A stretch of DNA of 64,000 bases from Chloroflexota bacterium. Lineage in GTDB: Bacteria; Chloroflexota; Anaerolineae; Anaerolineales; VGOW01. The notes below the pieces were generated by a model. The model did not search any database. It saw only the letters and a list, made by a program, of their open reading frames with translations, and was not told the DNA's origin. The stretch lies in contig JACRBQ010000035.1 of the NCBI GenBank assembly GCA_016213135.1, positions 149,722 to 213,721 on the forward strand, given 5' to 3'. The position numbers were made by a program, and so were the translations under genes. Each line of letters begins with the position of its first letter. Position 1 is the first letter of the stretch. Below, in pieces: positions 35,449-45,258 of the stretch.

Positions 35449-36807
35449 CTAGCCGACCTTTTCTCCCCACATCACTTTCAGGTAGCCGGGGATGTCCACC
35501 GCTTCTTTAGGCCCGACCATGATCTCCCAACCGGGCAGGGACTCTTCCAATTCGCCCGACAGCACGGCCACTTGCCCCGGCAGAATGATTCGCCGGTGAT
35601 TGACCTTGCTTTCGGCGTCGGTCGAGCGCACCGCCTTGGCGATGCGCTCGGCGTCGAACTTGCCCGCCGCCCATGCGGTGAGCACGCTCATGCCCTCGGC
35701 GTCGGCCACCAGCAGCCACGCCGGCCACCCCGAACCTTCCACTTCGTTGTTGACGGCGAAATAGGTGATCGAGAAGTTGGTCGTCACCATCAGCGGCGCA
35801 TGGCCGTCGGGCGCGTTGATCTCGTACAGCCCCGGCTGCACCTGAATGGGCTTCTGGGGATCGGTGTACAGGTTTTGCCGCAGCACCAGCAATGGATAGA
35901 GCGTGGCCGGGTCGAACGACTCGAGCACGATGAACCCGGCGTACTTGGCAATGTGCTCGGCAGCCAACACCGTCTCGTCAACTTCGCCGTTGGCCGTCCG
36001 CCTCGGAAACGTGACCACCGGGTAGCCGAGGGCCCGGAAGTTTTTCTTGATCGCCAACCGGCGAATTTGGGTGAGCGACGTGAGCGAATCGGCGTAACCC
36101 TGCACCGATGGATCGAGCACCAGATCTTCGACTCCGGCCTTCTTGATCTCTTCGACCAGCGCCGCCAGCTTCTCCAGCGTGTCGGCCCTTACGGCCAGCG
36201 GCGCATTGGCGGCTTTTGCTATTTCGACCATCTTCTGCCAGTTGGATTCGTCGGCGGCGCACAGCAACGGGCGAGCGCCGGACGCGGCCTCTACCCCTTG
36301 CGCCATCACGGCGGGATCCGGGGCTACGAGGATGAGCGGTTTTTGGCTGGCCGCGCGGGTGGCGGCCACTGCCGCGGCAAACGTCACCCCGTCGCCGGAG
36401 GCGGCCTCCACCGCAAACCCATCCACACCCAGTTTGATGCCCACGTAATCCACGATATAGCCATCGGCCACGGCCACGGCAGCTTTGATGGCCTCTGCGC
36501 CGTCGGCATCGCGCATGTGGATGAACAAGCCGGGCCGGTGATAAAACGTCTTCTCATGGCGGAACATCACCGTCTCATTGCCCGCTTCGAGCCTGGCCCC
36601 GTCACCGCCCACGGTCACCAACCGGATCGGCGGCGCGGAGGCGGCCTCCAGTTGCAGTTTAGCCGCTTCGGTGACGTAAGGGCAGGCGGCCAGATCGGCC
36701 TGTTTGGCGGCCAGCTTCATGGCGAAGGCCAGGCAAGTGGGATAGCCGCACTCTTTGCAGTTGGTTTGAGGAAGCAGTTTGTAAATTTGCAGTCCGGATA
36801 GAGCCAT
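35449..36807 (-). CDS. acsC: Corrinoid iron-sulfur protein large subunit (CODH/ACS gamma)
   Basis: Start MALSGLQIYKLLPQTNCKECGYPTCLAFAMKLA (ATG 36807). The 28 upstream codons of the ORF-track entry are repeat-derived. Confidence 0.9.
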   Translation of the reverse strand: MALSGLQIYKLLPQTNCKECGYPTCLAFAMKLAAKQADLAACPYVTEAAKLQLEAASAPPIRLVTVGGDGARLEAGNETVMFRHEKTFYHRPGLFIHMRDADGAEAIKAAVAVADGYIVDYVGIKLGVDGFAVEAASGDGVTFAAAVAATRAASQKPLILVAPDPAVMAQGVEAASGARPLLCAADESNWQKMVEIAKAANAPLAVRADTLEKLAALVEEIKKAGVEDLVLDPSVQGYADSLTSLTQIRRLAIKKNFRALGYPVVTFPRRTANGEVDETVLAAEHIAKYAGFIVLESFDPATLYPLLVLRQNLYTDPQKPIQVQPGLYEINAPDGHAPLMVTTNFSITYFAVNNEVEGSGWPAWLLVADAEGMSVLTAWAAGKFDAERIAKAVRSTDAESKVNHRRIILPGQVAVLSGELEESLPGWEIMVGPKEAVDIPGYLKVMWGEKVG

Positions 36808-36817
36808 GGGGTACCTC

Positions 36818-36872
36818 GAATGTTGAATGATGAATGATGAATGATGAGTGATGAATGCGGAATGCGGATTGT
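36818..36872. repeat. Intergenic heptamer tandem array between acsD and acsC
   Basis: gaatgttgaatgatgaatgatgaatgatgagtgatgaatgcggaatgcggattgtgg. Shares gaatgcggaatgcgga with the array at 63913. Confidence 0.9.
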
Positions 36873-36913
36873 GGAAAACAGAATTCAGCAATCACACTCG
36901 TACAAGCACAGAG

Positions 36914-37888
36914 TCACTCCGTATGACGCATCAGCCCGTCCACCATTCTCTGCGCTCGCTTCAGCGATTCCGGGTGACGCAGGACCACGACGCCCGCGCC
37001 GGCGTGAATGAGCGACGAGGCCGTGAGCGTTTCCCAGTTGACGGCGCGCCGCTTCCAGTCGCCCCAGCTTTCGGGGACGCCCTCGCCCACTTTCGATTCC
37101 TTGGCCTTCCACGTTTCCTCGCCGGGGGTCACCAGCATGGGTTGCTGGGTCATGCTGTCGCCTTGCAACGCGGCCAGCCGCAGGCGCTCCATCACCGAGT
37201 AGCCGTATTCGATGCCGTAGGCCAGCGACCCGGTAGTGGGGTCCATGATGATGCGCTCCATGGGCATGCCCATGTCATGAATGAGGATCACGAGCTGCTT
37301 GGCCAGGTTCACATCCATGGGCGTTTTGGAACTGACCAGATGATCGTTGGCCATGGCCGCCGCCACAATGGTGCGATAGTTTTTGTCTTCGCAAACGCCG
37401 ATGAGCAACCGCTCGCCTTTGGCCTCCTCGGCCACCGGCACGATCAACTCGTTGTCTTTCTCGGCCTGGCCCGGCCCAAACACGGCCAACGGCAGGCCGG
37501 TGGCCTGCAGCACTTGGCGCACCACGGCGCGGGCGTTGTCCGGCGCATTGGGCTTGCCGTTGGCTTGCGTGAGCGAGAGCGTCAACACCAGCAGGTCGGC
37601 CCCGGCGGCCTCGGCGGCGCGCGCCCAATCCGCCGGGTCTTGCATGGCTTCACCCCAGGTTTCGTAGAGCAGGGGCGACCAATCGTCGGGCTTGCGATCT
37701 TTGATCTCAATCGCCAGCGCCGGACGATTGGGGATGGCGCCGTCGAAATGCAGGAAGGGCAGCGTGGCGTCGCCGCCCACGGTGATCGTTTTGGCGCGGG
37801 TGCCGCCTTCGGCCCGCGTGGCCCCCAGCGTCACCACCCGCACACTGCCCGCCCATTTTTCTTTTGGAATTTCAACTGTGATCGGCAT
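36914..37888 (-). CDS. acsD: Corrinoid iron-sulfur protein small subunit (CODH/ACS delta)
   Basis: Start MPITVEIPKEKWAGSVRVVTLGAT (ATG 37888, GGAGGA RBS). TIM-barrel family member adjacent to acsC. Confidence 0.85.
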   Translation of the reverse strand: MPITVEIPKEKWAGSVRVVTLGATRAEGGTRAKTITVGGDATLPFLHFDGAIPNRPALAIEIKDRKPDDWSPLLYETWGEAMQDPADWARAAEAAGADLLVLTLSLTQANGKPNAPDNARAVVRQVLQATGLPLAVFGPGQAEKDNELIVPVAEEAKGERLLIGVCEDKNYRTIVAAAMANDHLVSSKTPMDVNLAKQLVILIHDMGMPMERIIMDPTTGSLAYGIEYGYSVMERLRLAALQGDSMTQQPMLVTPGEETWKAKESKVGEGVPESWGDWKRRAVNWETLTASSLIHAGAGVVVLRHPESLKRAQRMVDGLMRHTE

Positions 37889-38006
37889 AATTTCCTCCGT
37901 GAAAATGCGCCAAGCATCCTCGAAAAGACTACCGCCCCAAGCGGGGCGGTCATAGTGAGATTGCGCGGTTTTGTCGTGTGATGTCCATCCTCCCAAAAAA
38001 CGCGAA

Positions 38007-38450
38007 TCAGCCCAAGCGGACTCTGACCATCACCCGACTGCGGGCGGCTCGCGCCACTTCGTCGCCATTGGGGCAACCGTCGGTATTGAGCCGCACTTGA
38101 AAACACTTTGCGTATTGTGGCGCGCGCGCCAGATAATCAATCAGACTCGCGGCCACCTCGGCGTCCGATTCGATCACTTCCCCCCGGCCCGGCGCGTCCT
38201 TTCCTTTGAGGCGAACCGTCACCGCCGCGCCGTCCTCTGAAGGGGAGGTTCGACGGCGCAAGTTGCGCCACCACGTCCGCTCGCGCAGGCTCACGATTGC
38301 CAGCGAATTGCCCAGCGGCAGGTAATTGACCGGCGTGGTAATCGGCTTGCCACTTTTGCGTCCCGTGACGGTAATCAGCATGACGCCGTTGTCTATCATG
38401 CCGTGCAGCGGCGAGCGCAACATGAATTTGACGAAAGAGTTTCCGTTCAT
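38007..38450 (-). CDS. DDN-family (split beta-barrel) protein, copy 3
   Basis: Start MNGNSFVKFMLRSPLHG (ATG 38450, ATGA overlap with the CBS gene stop). MLITVTGRKSGKPITTPVNYLPLGNSLAIVS..TWWRNL. Confidence 0.7.
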   Translation of the reverse strand: MNGNSFVKFMLRSPLHGMIDNGVMLITVTGRKSGKPITTPVNYLPLGNSLAIVSLRERTWWRNLRRRTSPSEDGAAVTVRLKGKDAPGRGEVIESDAEVAASLIDYLARAPQYAKCFQVRLNTDGCPNGDEVARAARSRVMVRVRLG

Positions 38451-38839
38451 GATTGCCTGCCAGTGTGGCGCTCTATCGCCTTCAGCGAAATCACCGCCGA
38501 CGGCCTCGGCTCGCCCGGCCAATCGTGCATGAGAAAGAGATATTCCACGCCGCGATCGCGCATCAGTTGCGCGGCGGCCTCGGCGGGAATGTCGGGGGGA
38601 ACGGTGGGGATGTCTTCGTCCATGATCGCCCCCACGGTGCTGAGGGGCGCCGCTGTTTGCAGCGCGCCCCGGGTCGTCCACCCGCACGCCATCCCGTCCT
38701 CGTCCAGCGCCACACAGACCTCGCAGGTCTCCGAGACCTGCGAGGTCTTTCCGCCCAGACGGGCCGCCACCGTGCTGCAGCTTTCCGTATCGCGGCACAC
38801 CGGCACGCCGATGGTCATCACATCGCGGACGAGTAACAT
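38447..38839 (-). CDS. CBS-domain pair protein
   Basis: LVRDVMTIGVPVCRDT..  and VGAIMDEDIPTVPPDIPAEAAAQLMRDRGVEYLFLMH form two CBS motifs. The first is interrupted by a palindrome-encoded KTSQVSETCEV. Confidence 0.75.
   Translation of the reverse strand: MLLVRDVMTIGVPVCRDTESCSTVAARLGGKTSQVSETCEVCVALDEDGMACGWTTRGALQTAAPLSTVGAIMDEDIPTVPPDIPAEAAAQLMRDRGVEYLFLMHDWPGEPRPSAVISLKAIERHTGRQS
38716..38748. repeat. Perfect 15-bp-stem palindrome in-frame inside the CBS gene
   Basis: gacctcgcaggtctc c gagacctgcgaggtc. Confidence 0.9.
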
Positions 38840-38849
38840 ATCGCTGCCT

Positions 38850-39461
38850 TCATGCGAACGGTTGTCGAATGACCGTCTTCAACTTCTCCGGCGCGGCCCG
38901 CCGCGGATCGCTCAGATAGATTTCGTGATGCTTCCCGCGCAGCGTGTGCCCGCCCTCCTCGATAAAAACGTGCAGCCGTTTGATCGTCGGGCCTTCGGTG
39001 GCATACGGGCCGATGTGCATGATCTGAGCGCACGGCCCTTCGTGAAACACTTCAAAGCGCACCTTCGGCAGGGCCGCCGGATTCTTCTTCCTGGCTACCT
39101 GCGCGCGCGCCTCGTCAACCATCGCCTGAGTCACGAATTCCGGCTGCATCATCATCGCCGTCCACTTCCACAGGTCTTTGACATCCACGCTGAAGCGGCT
39201 CATGTCGTCCGTCCACCACAGGCCTTCCAAGGCCATCACCGGATAATCGATGGCCGGCTTGCCCAGCTTCACCGCAAACTTGAGCGTGTACGACATGGCG
39301 TACAGCGTCTCCAGCGCCGCCCCGAAGTCCGGGCTGGTGTTCGGGTTGCCTTGCCCGTCGATCATCAGGAAGTTCAGCGGCGGCACATCCACGACCCCCA
39401 CCGCTTTCGCGGAAGGGGCGTAGAGGTGCTTGTACTGTTTGCGAAGGTCGACTTTTTTCAT
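38850..39461 (-). CDS. GyrI-like small-molecule-binding domain protein
   Basis: 203 aa. PPLNFLMIDGQGNPN.., LEGLWW.., FHEGPCAQIMHIGPY..EGPTI..L..FIEE are typical of the GyrI-like/SOUL fold family. Confidence 0.65.
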   Translation of the reverse strand: MKKVDLRKQYKHLYAPSAKAVGVVDVPPLNFLMIDGQGNPNTSPDFGAALETLYAMSYTLKFAVKLGKPAIDYPVMALEGLWWTDDMSRFSVDVKDLWKWTAMMMQPEFVTQAMVDEARAQVARKKNPAALPKVRFEVFHEGPCAQIMHIGPYATEGPTIKRLHVFIEEGGHTLRGKHHEIYLSDPRRAAPEKLKTVIRQPFA

Positions 39462-39470
39462 GAGGAGACC

Positions 39471-41750
39471 TCACAACAAGGGCGGCATCTCCAGGGCCGG
39501 ATGGTTCTTCTCGGTGACGTAGGCCACCAGCCCTTCCACGTCCGTAGCAATGCGCTCGTCGCAAATCTTGTCAATCAAATCCGGATCGCCCTCGCGCTCG
39601 GCCACTTTCTTCAACTGCTCGGCCATTTGCTCCTTGAGGATGGACGACATCCACACCACGCGCTTGAAGCCGCCGTCCGCCGAGACGAACTTGGGGCTGA
39701 TGATGTAAAACTTGCCGTGGCCCATGATGCCCGGAGTCTGCAAACCGCCGCCGGCCATGCCCGCCAGCGTCGAGAACGTCATGCCCGCCGGGGTCATGCT
39801 GGTGTCCTCGCGGCTGACGATCATCACGCCATTGGCTTCGGGGATGACCATGGCGATGCACTCGAAGCAACCGCAAGCCGTCATCGGGTTCTCCATGATC
39901 GAGTAAACGGCGACCTCGTGAACCTGCTGGTGCGACGCGCCTTCGGTGAACTCGTTCGTCCCGGCCCAGTAGCCCTTGGTCGGGTCGAGCGTCTGGCTTT
40001 TCTTGATCGGCTGGTTGGGGCCGGTGGGGTTGATCTGGAACGAGGCTTTGCAGTCCAGCCAGTTGTACGCGCCGCACAGGCCGAGGCGTTCCGGCGTAAC
40101 GATGCACAGATGGTTCGGCGCAAACGACTGGCACAGCGTGCACGAGTAAAACTCCTCCACGCTTTCGTCGGTCATGTTGCCCAGCCGCACGTTGCGCTCG
40201 TCGTAAGCCGTCCGCGCCGCGCCCAGCCACTTCTCCACGTCCGCCGGTTCGGTGTAAATCGTCACCTGCACCTTGTCCACAATCGCGCCGAAGTCGGCGT
40301 GGAAGCGCGCGTGCAAAATTTCGCCGAAGTGCCGCAGGCCAAAGCCCTTGTCGGCGGCAGCCTTGCTGATGCGAATCCAGGCAATGTCGCGCTGGCCGAT
40401 GTGCTGAATGCCCGACGCCCCGTTGACGAAGTGATGGATCTGCCGCTCCAGCACCGGCTCGAAATCCTTCTGCATCTTGCGCCCGGCCACGTCCACCACA
40501 ATGCCCATGTCCAGCGCCGCGCCCACCGGCTGGTCGGCGAAGTCGGGGCCAACCACCGTGATCTTGCCGTCCTGCACCTCGTCGAAGTTGGCCATGCGCA
40601 GGTACTCGAAACAGCGCGAATACTTGCCGCCGAATTCGACGCGCATATCCTGCTTGCGAACCACCTCGCCCTCGAACGCCGAGCCATAGGGCACGGGCAC
40701 CGGCACCTCGGTCAGCTTGATCTTGACCCCGCGCACCTCGATGCACTTCTGCACCAGTTGCTCCGCCCGCTCCAGATCATCCTTGCCGCCGATCTCGTTG
40801 AAGGGCATCGAAACGACGTGCTCGTAGGTCGTCACGCCGGTCGGCAAAATTTCGGGGATGACGGTGTCGGCGATGACGGGGAAGCCGAAGTTGATGGCCC
40901 CGGCGGCGGTGGCATATTTCACGTCGTCCACCTCGCCCAGCGCCAGCACAAAGGCAAACACGCGGTTCTTGTTGTACATCAAGATGTCCCGCGCCTGGCC
41001 GCCCTTCATGCCGCCAAAGGTGAGGGCCGAGCGGGTGGCGAAGCCCAGCGCGTAAATGGCGCTGTAGGTGTCGAGGCCAAAGGGCACGGTGTAGGTGTCG
41101 TACCCCAGTTCCACGCCCTCTTCCATCAGTTGATGAATGATGCTGCGCCCGTTGACGTTGCCGCTGAGGAAGGTGAGAATGTTGCGGCGCTGCAACTCGC
41201 GCACGATCTTCACCGCCACTTCGTTGGATTTGGCGCAGCCCACAATGGCGGCAAAGCCCGGCATGCGGCCATCCACCAATTGGATGCCCCACGACCGCAG
41301 TTGAATATCGTCAATGGGGCCGTTGAGGTGGCCGTTCCCATCTTTCGAGAACTCCGGATTGGTGAACGAGGTGCCGCCCGCGAGGTGAAAGCCGGGCAGA
41401 GTTTGCGGCTCCGTGCCGTAGATGAAGCGCACCGCCTCGATGCCTTCTTCCGCGAACAGAGTCGCCATGCCCGCGTCCAGCGTTTGCCCCAAATACGGAG
41501 TCCAGCGGCGGTCGGGCGGGGCGGGGTGTAGCAGCCCTTTGGCCCGGGCCAGCACCGGCTGAAGGTCGCCAAGTTTTTCCACGGGCTGGCCCGTCATGCC
41601 GAAGTTGAACGGCAAATAGTAGGCCGTGTTCGGGAAGGCAATGGGCGTCTCCGCCCCTTTTTCGATCAGCGCCTTGCCGAGCAGTTGCTCGAATTCGTTG
41701 ACGACGGCGTGCGCGCCGTTGATGGCGCTGGTAGCGATATAGCGGGACAT
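39471..41750 (-). CDS. acsB: Acetyl-CoA synthase catalytic subunit (CODH/ACS alpha)
   Basis: 759 aa. SCTLCQSFAPNHLCIVTPERLGLCGAYNWLDCKA and the A-cluster CGCFECIAMV context. Confidence 0.92.
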   Translation of the reverse strand: MSRYIATSAINGAHAVVNEFEQLLGKALIEKGAETPIAFPNTAYYLPFNFGMTGQPVEKLGDLQPVLARAKGLLHPAPPDRRWTPYLGQTLDAGMATLFAEEGIEAVRFIYGTEPQTLPGFHLAGGTSFTNPEFSKDGNGHLNGPIDDIQLRSWGIQLVDGRMPGFAAIVGCAKSNEVAVKIVRELQRRNILTFLSGNVNGRSIIHQLMEEGVELGYDTYTVPFGLDTYSAIYALGFATRSALTFGGMKGGQARDILMYNKNRVFAFVLALGEVDDVKYATAAGAINFGFPVIADTVIPEILPTGVTTYEHVVSMPFNEIGGKDDLERAEQLVQKCIEVRGVKIKLTEVPVPVPYGSAFEGEVVRKQDMRVEFGGKYSRCFEYLRMANFDEVQDGKITVVGPDFADQPVGAALDMGIVVDVAGRKMQKDFEPVLERQIHHFVNGASGIQHIGQRDIAWIRISKAAADKGFGLRHFGEILHARFHADFGAIVDKVQVTIYTEPADVEKWLGAARTAYDERNVRLGNMTDESVEEFYSCTLCQSFAPNHLCIVTPERLGLCGAYNWLDCKASFQINPTGPNQPIKKSQTLDPTKGYWAGTNEFTEGASHQQVHEVAVYSIMENPMTACGCFECIAMVIPEANGVMIVSREDTSMTPAGMTFSTLAGMAGGGLQTPGIMGHGKFYIISPKFVSADGGFKRVVWMSSILKEQMAEQLKKVAEREGDPDLIDKICDERIATDVEGLVAYVTEKNHPALEMPPLL

Positions 41751-41793
41751 TGGTTTACTCCTATGAGAAGAGGCGTGGTATCCGAGAACTCCG

Positions 41794-42603
41794 TTACTTC
41801 AGGAAAATGCTGACTACAAAAGGCGCCAGAGCCAGCAGCGCCATGAGCGGGTGGCCCTGGCGCGTCTGATTGCGGCTATCCCAATTGAATAAGTAGATGG
41901 CGAGGCCAAAAGCCAGCGCCCCACCCGCCAACAACACGCCGAGGGAGACGAACGGATTCAGCGTGGTGGGCTGATCGTAAGCTAGCCCCAGGAAGGCCTG
42001 CATGGCGTGGGAGGTGGGCAGCAGCGCCGAGAAGGGCAGGATGGCCTTGGGCAACAGGCTGAGGGGCAACATCAGCCCGCCGATGAGCATGGACGGCAGG
42101 AAGATCAGTTGCGACCACAGGACGGTAGCCTGAGAGTTGGCAGAGATCACCCCGATGAGCGCGCCGATCGCGCCGCAGGCAAACGCGGTTACCAGGGCTA
42201 CGAGCGCAAAGCTTCCCCAGTGGACGGGCGCTATACCTTTGAAGAGTGCCGGCCCGGTGAGGACGATGAGAGTGGAAGTAATCAACACGTGAAAGATCGT
42301 CGTCATGACGGGAATGGCCAGGATAGAAAGGGCCGGGACGCCGTTGATCTTGAAGCTGCGGTAGATGCCCGCTTCGCGCGACTCCACCAACGGGCTGGGC
42401 AGCCCCAGGATCGTGCTGGCCATGATCGCGAAGACGACCATCGCCGGGACCATGGTCTCGGTGAAGCCGGGATTGATCTGAGTCATCACCAGCCCCATCA
42501 TGGCGTAAAAGCCTAACGGGAAGAGGTAGTTGATAAAAAACAGGTTCGGATTCCGCAGGCCGGTCTTGAATTCGAAGGCGAAATGCTGCGCAAAGGCCGT
42601 CAT
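41794..42603 (-). CDS. ABC-2 type transporter permease
   Basis: 269 aa, six hydrophobic segments. 4-bp overlap with the upstream ATPase gene. Confidence 0.75.
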   Translation of the reverse strand: MTAFAQHFAFEFKTGLRNPNLFFINYLFPLGFYAMMGLVMTQINPGFTETMVPAMVVFAIMASTILGLPSPLVESREAGIYRSFKINGVPALSILAIPVMTTIFHVLITSTLIVLTGPALFKGIAPVHWGSFALVALVTAFACGAIGALIGVISANSQATVLWSQLIFLPSMLIGGLMLPLSLLPKAILPFSALLPTSHAMQAFLGLAYDQPTTLNPFVSLGVLLAGGALAFGLAIYLFNWDSRNQTRQGHPLMALLALAPFVVSIFLK

Positions 42604-43559
42604 TGCGCCACTCCCGGATCGGTGATCTCAAGGAAGCGTTCCTCGAGCGAGGGGCGCTCAACGCGCAGGTCGATCAGCTTGTCGTTCTGGGCGGCGATGT
42701 AGCCCAGCAGCGCCGTGACGGTCGGCCCCGGATCGGTGCTGTAGTAAACGGCATACTCCTCTTTGACGAGATGTTGTTGCGCGCCGGGGAAGGCCGCGCT
42801 GTTGTGGTGCAGCACAGACAGGTCGGTGCGGACGGAGATTTTGGTGAGGCCCGATCCGGCTGCGGTAAGTTCGCGCGGGGTGCCCGTGGCGACCACGGCG
42901 CCGCGCAGCAAAATGGCGACCCGGTCGGCCATCTTCTCGGCTTCGGCCATATCATGCGTGGCTAGGAGGATGGTGGCGCCCCCGGCCTTCAACTCATGCA
43001 TGAGGCTGTGAAGCTCCACGCGCGAACCGACATCCAGCCCGGCGGTCGGCTCGTCGAGAATCACGACCGGAGGATTGTGGGCCACCGCCAACGCCAGGCC
43101 CAGCCGGCGCTGCTGCCCGGTCGAGAGTTCGCGGAATTGGCTGTGCTGCTTCTCCTTCAGTCCCAAACGTTCCAGCAAATCGTAGCGCGGCGCGACATCG
43201 TGGTAGGCGCAGAAAAACCGCATCGCTTCATCCACGCGCATAGTCGCCGGCAGGCCCGAGGTTTGCAGTTGCACGCCGATGAGGTTGCGCAGCTTGCGCG
43301 GCTCGCGGTCGGGCGCGACGTTGAGGACGTTCAGCGCGCCGCCGTCGAACCGGCGCAGCCCTTCAAGGCACTCCAGGGTGCTGGTTTTGCCCGCGCCGTT
43401 AGGCCCCAGCAAGCCGAAGATTTCACCTCGCTGCACCTCGAAGCTGATGTTGTCTACGGCCACGAAGTTGCCGTAGACTTTGCGAAAGCCTCTGACGGAT
43501 AGCACTGTCGCAAAGTCGCGGGTGAGGGTTTCCGTTCGTATCACGCAAGCGTCAGCCAT
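42600..43559 (-). CDS. ABC transporter ATP-binding protein
   Basis: Walker A GPNGAGKTS, signature LSTGQQRRL, Walker B VVILDEPT. Confidence 0.9.
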   Translation of the reverse strand: MADACVIRTETLTRDFATVLSVRGFRKVYGNFVAVDNISFEVQRGEIFGLLGPNGAGKTSTLECLEGLRRFDGGALNVLNVAPDREPRKLRNLIGVQLQTSGLPATMRVDEAMRFFCAYHDVAPRYDLLERLGLKEKQHSQFRELSTGQQRRLGLALAVAHNPPVVILDEPTAGLDVGSRVELHSLMHELKAGGATILLATHDMAEAEKMADRVAILLRGAVVATGTPRELTAAGSGLTKISVRTDLSVLHHNSAAFPGAQQHLVKEEYAVYYSTDPGPTVTALLGYIAAQNDKLIDLRVERPSLEERFLEITDPGVAQ

Positions 43560-43574
43560 TTTTCCGTGAAAGCG

Positions 43575-44543
43575 CTACTTGGCACCGAGAGGTTCGACGC
43601 TGCCCAGCCCGGTTACGTTCTTGCTCACCGCAGGCCGGCCATAGTATTGAACCGAACCGAGGCCGCTGATTTGCGCGTCCAATTGCTTTGTGGCCCACAC
43701 CGTGGCGCTGCCCGCGCCGCTGATGGTCACATCGGCGGTCTCGCTCTGGAAGTCGGCCCCACGGTAGCTCCCCACGCCGCTGAGTGTGAGCTCAAGACGC
43801 GCAGCCTTGCCGGAGGCATCTACGCTGCCCGCCCCGCTGAGGCGGTAACTCACATCGTCCGCCGCCAGACCTTCAAGCTTCAGGCTGCCTGCGCCGCTCA
43901 ACTTCACCTTCAGTTGGGCCGCTTTCAAATCTGTCGCCACGATATTCCCCGCGCCCGAGAAATCCAGTTCCGCGAGACTCTTGACCGTGAGCGTGAAGCG
44001 GATGGGTTGGGTGGGCCGGACGCGCGCCCAGCCGTTCGTTTCGGCGTAATCAATGCGCAGGGTGTTGCCTTGCACTTCCGTGCGAATCTCCGGCAGCACG
44101 TTGTCTTCGGCTTCGATGGTCAGGGACTCGGTGTCGCCCTGTGTAATGGTCAGGTCGCCAAACGAGGCGAACGATACTGCGTTGAAGTTGCTCACGGGCC
44201 GAGTTTGTGTGATCACGTATCCGGAGCCGGGAACGCCGCCCGTCACGAACGGTATGGATATGGAACCGGGCCACCCGGCCCCGGCCAGCCCCAGGCGCGG
44301 CGCGATGAGCACAGCCACCACCGCCAGGGCCACTGTGGTGAAGGCGATCAGGTTTCCCGCGATGGGCCAACGATGGCGGAGGAGCAAATCCAAACCCAGG
44401 GCGATGAGGAGCACCGGCCAGTACTGGAGCAGCACCCAAAAGTTCGAGGCCGGGATCACGCGGGCATTGGCCAGCAGCCAGAGTGTGCCGGCGGCCACGA
44501 GCGCCAACGGCCAGAAGATGGAGCGAGTATGTGTCGGTGTCAC
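43575..44543 (-). CDS. Membrane-anchored DUF2807/GIN (head-domain adhesin-like beta-helix) protein
   Basis: Probable GTG start at 44543 (GAAAGGGG RBS). N-terminal TM helices, then GDLTITQGDTESLTIEAEDNVLPEIRTEVQGNTLRIDY and repeated SGAG[SN] beta-helix rungs. Confidence 0.65.
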   Translation of the reverse strand: MTPTHTRSIFWPLALVAAGTLWLLANARVIPASNFWVLLQYWPVLLIALGLDLLLRHRWPIAGNLIAFTTVALAVVAVLIAPRLGLAGAGWPGSISIPFVTGGVPGSGYVITQTRPVSNFNAVSFASFGDLTITQGDTESLTIEAEDNVLPEIRTEVQGNTLRIDYAETNGWARVRPTQPIRFTLTVKSLAELDFSGAGNIVATDLKAAQLKVKLSGAGSLKLEGLAADDVSYRLSGAGSVDASGKAARLELTLSGVGSYRGADFQSETADVTISGAGSATVWATKQLDAQISGLGSVQYYGRPAVSKNVTGLGSVEPLGAK

Positions 44544-44559
44544 GACTGGGCCCCTTTCG

Positions 44560-45153
44560 TTACCCCGGCGCTTGCGGCGGCGGTGCGGCGTTGTCGTTGC
44601 CGGTGGTGCTCGGCGGCGCGACCGGTTGAACCGGCCCCGGGCCAAAGCGCCTGACCAGCAAATACAGCCCGACGACGATCAACAGCACCGGGAACAAGAA
44701 TTGCGAGACGACGGAATTGCCGGAGCGAAAAATTAGCCCCTCGAAGAATGCGCCGAAGATGACGAACAGCACGAAGCCAACCTTCATCAGACTCCAGCCG
44801 GAGTGGCGCTGTTGCCTGTCGCCCGCCCATGCGCCCATGATCACGATGCCCAGGCCCACGGCCATGAGGATGATCGTCCAGCCATAGGCCCACGTGGCCC
44901 ACTGGCCGGTCCAGTTTTGGAAGAACAACATCAGTCCGACCGTGGAGATGATGCTGCCGGGAACGGCCAGGCCCGCGGTGGATTTGCCACCGGCCGCCAT
45001 GCCGATGAAGAATAGCCCGCCGACGCCGATGACGAGGAACGGCCAAAGCAGATGCCAGGCCATGAAGTTGAAGAACTCGGCGAACAGAAAGAACACGCCC
45101 AATCCGATCAGGATTGCGCCGACTACCAATCCGCTCGTGTTACGTTGTGTCAT
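44560..45153 (-). CDS. LiaF/DUF5668-like small multi-pass membrane protein
   Basis: MTQRNTSGLVVGAILIGLGVFFLFAEF.. with five or six TM segments and a Pro-rich tail. Confidence 0.55.
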   Translation of the reverse strand: MTQRNTSGLVVGAILIGLGVFFLFAEFFNFMAWHLLWPFLVIGVGGLFFIGMAAGGKSTAGLAVPGSIISTVGLMLFFQNWTGQWATWAYGWTIILMAVGLGIVIMGAWAGDRQQRHSGWSLMKVGFVLFVIFGAFFEGLIFRSGNSVVSQFLFPVLLIVVGLYLLVRRFGPGPVQPVAPPSTTGNDNAAPPPQAPG

Positions 45154-45258
45154 CGGGGTTTTCCTTTCTGCAAGCTTTTCATTGCACCCCAGGCGGGGCC
45201 GGCCGGGTCAGGGCGGCAAGAAGAAACAGCAACCCAAACAACAGAAACGGCCCACCCC

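Noticed and set aside
38403-41531. Very long plus-strand ORFs (38403..41531 at 1042 aa, 4428..6794 at 788 aa, 53189..54874, 10922..12535, 49617..51227, 35401..36801, 1945..3168 and others)
   Set aside because: Their translations are Arg/Ala/Gly/His-rich and motif-free. Each lies exactly antisense to a minus-strand gene with clear family motifs (acsB, hdrA, acd, mvhA, acsC). They are typical stop-free shadow frames of a high-GC genome.
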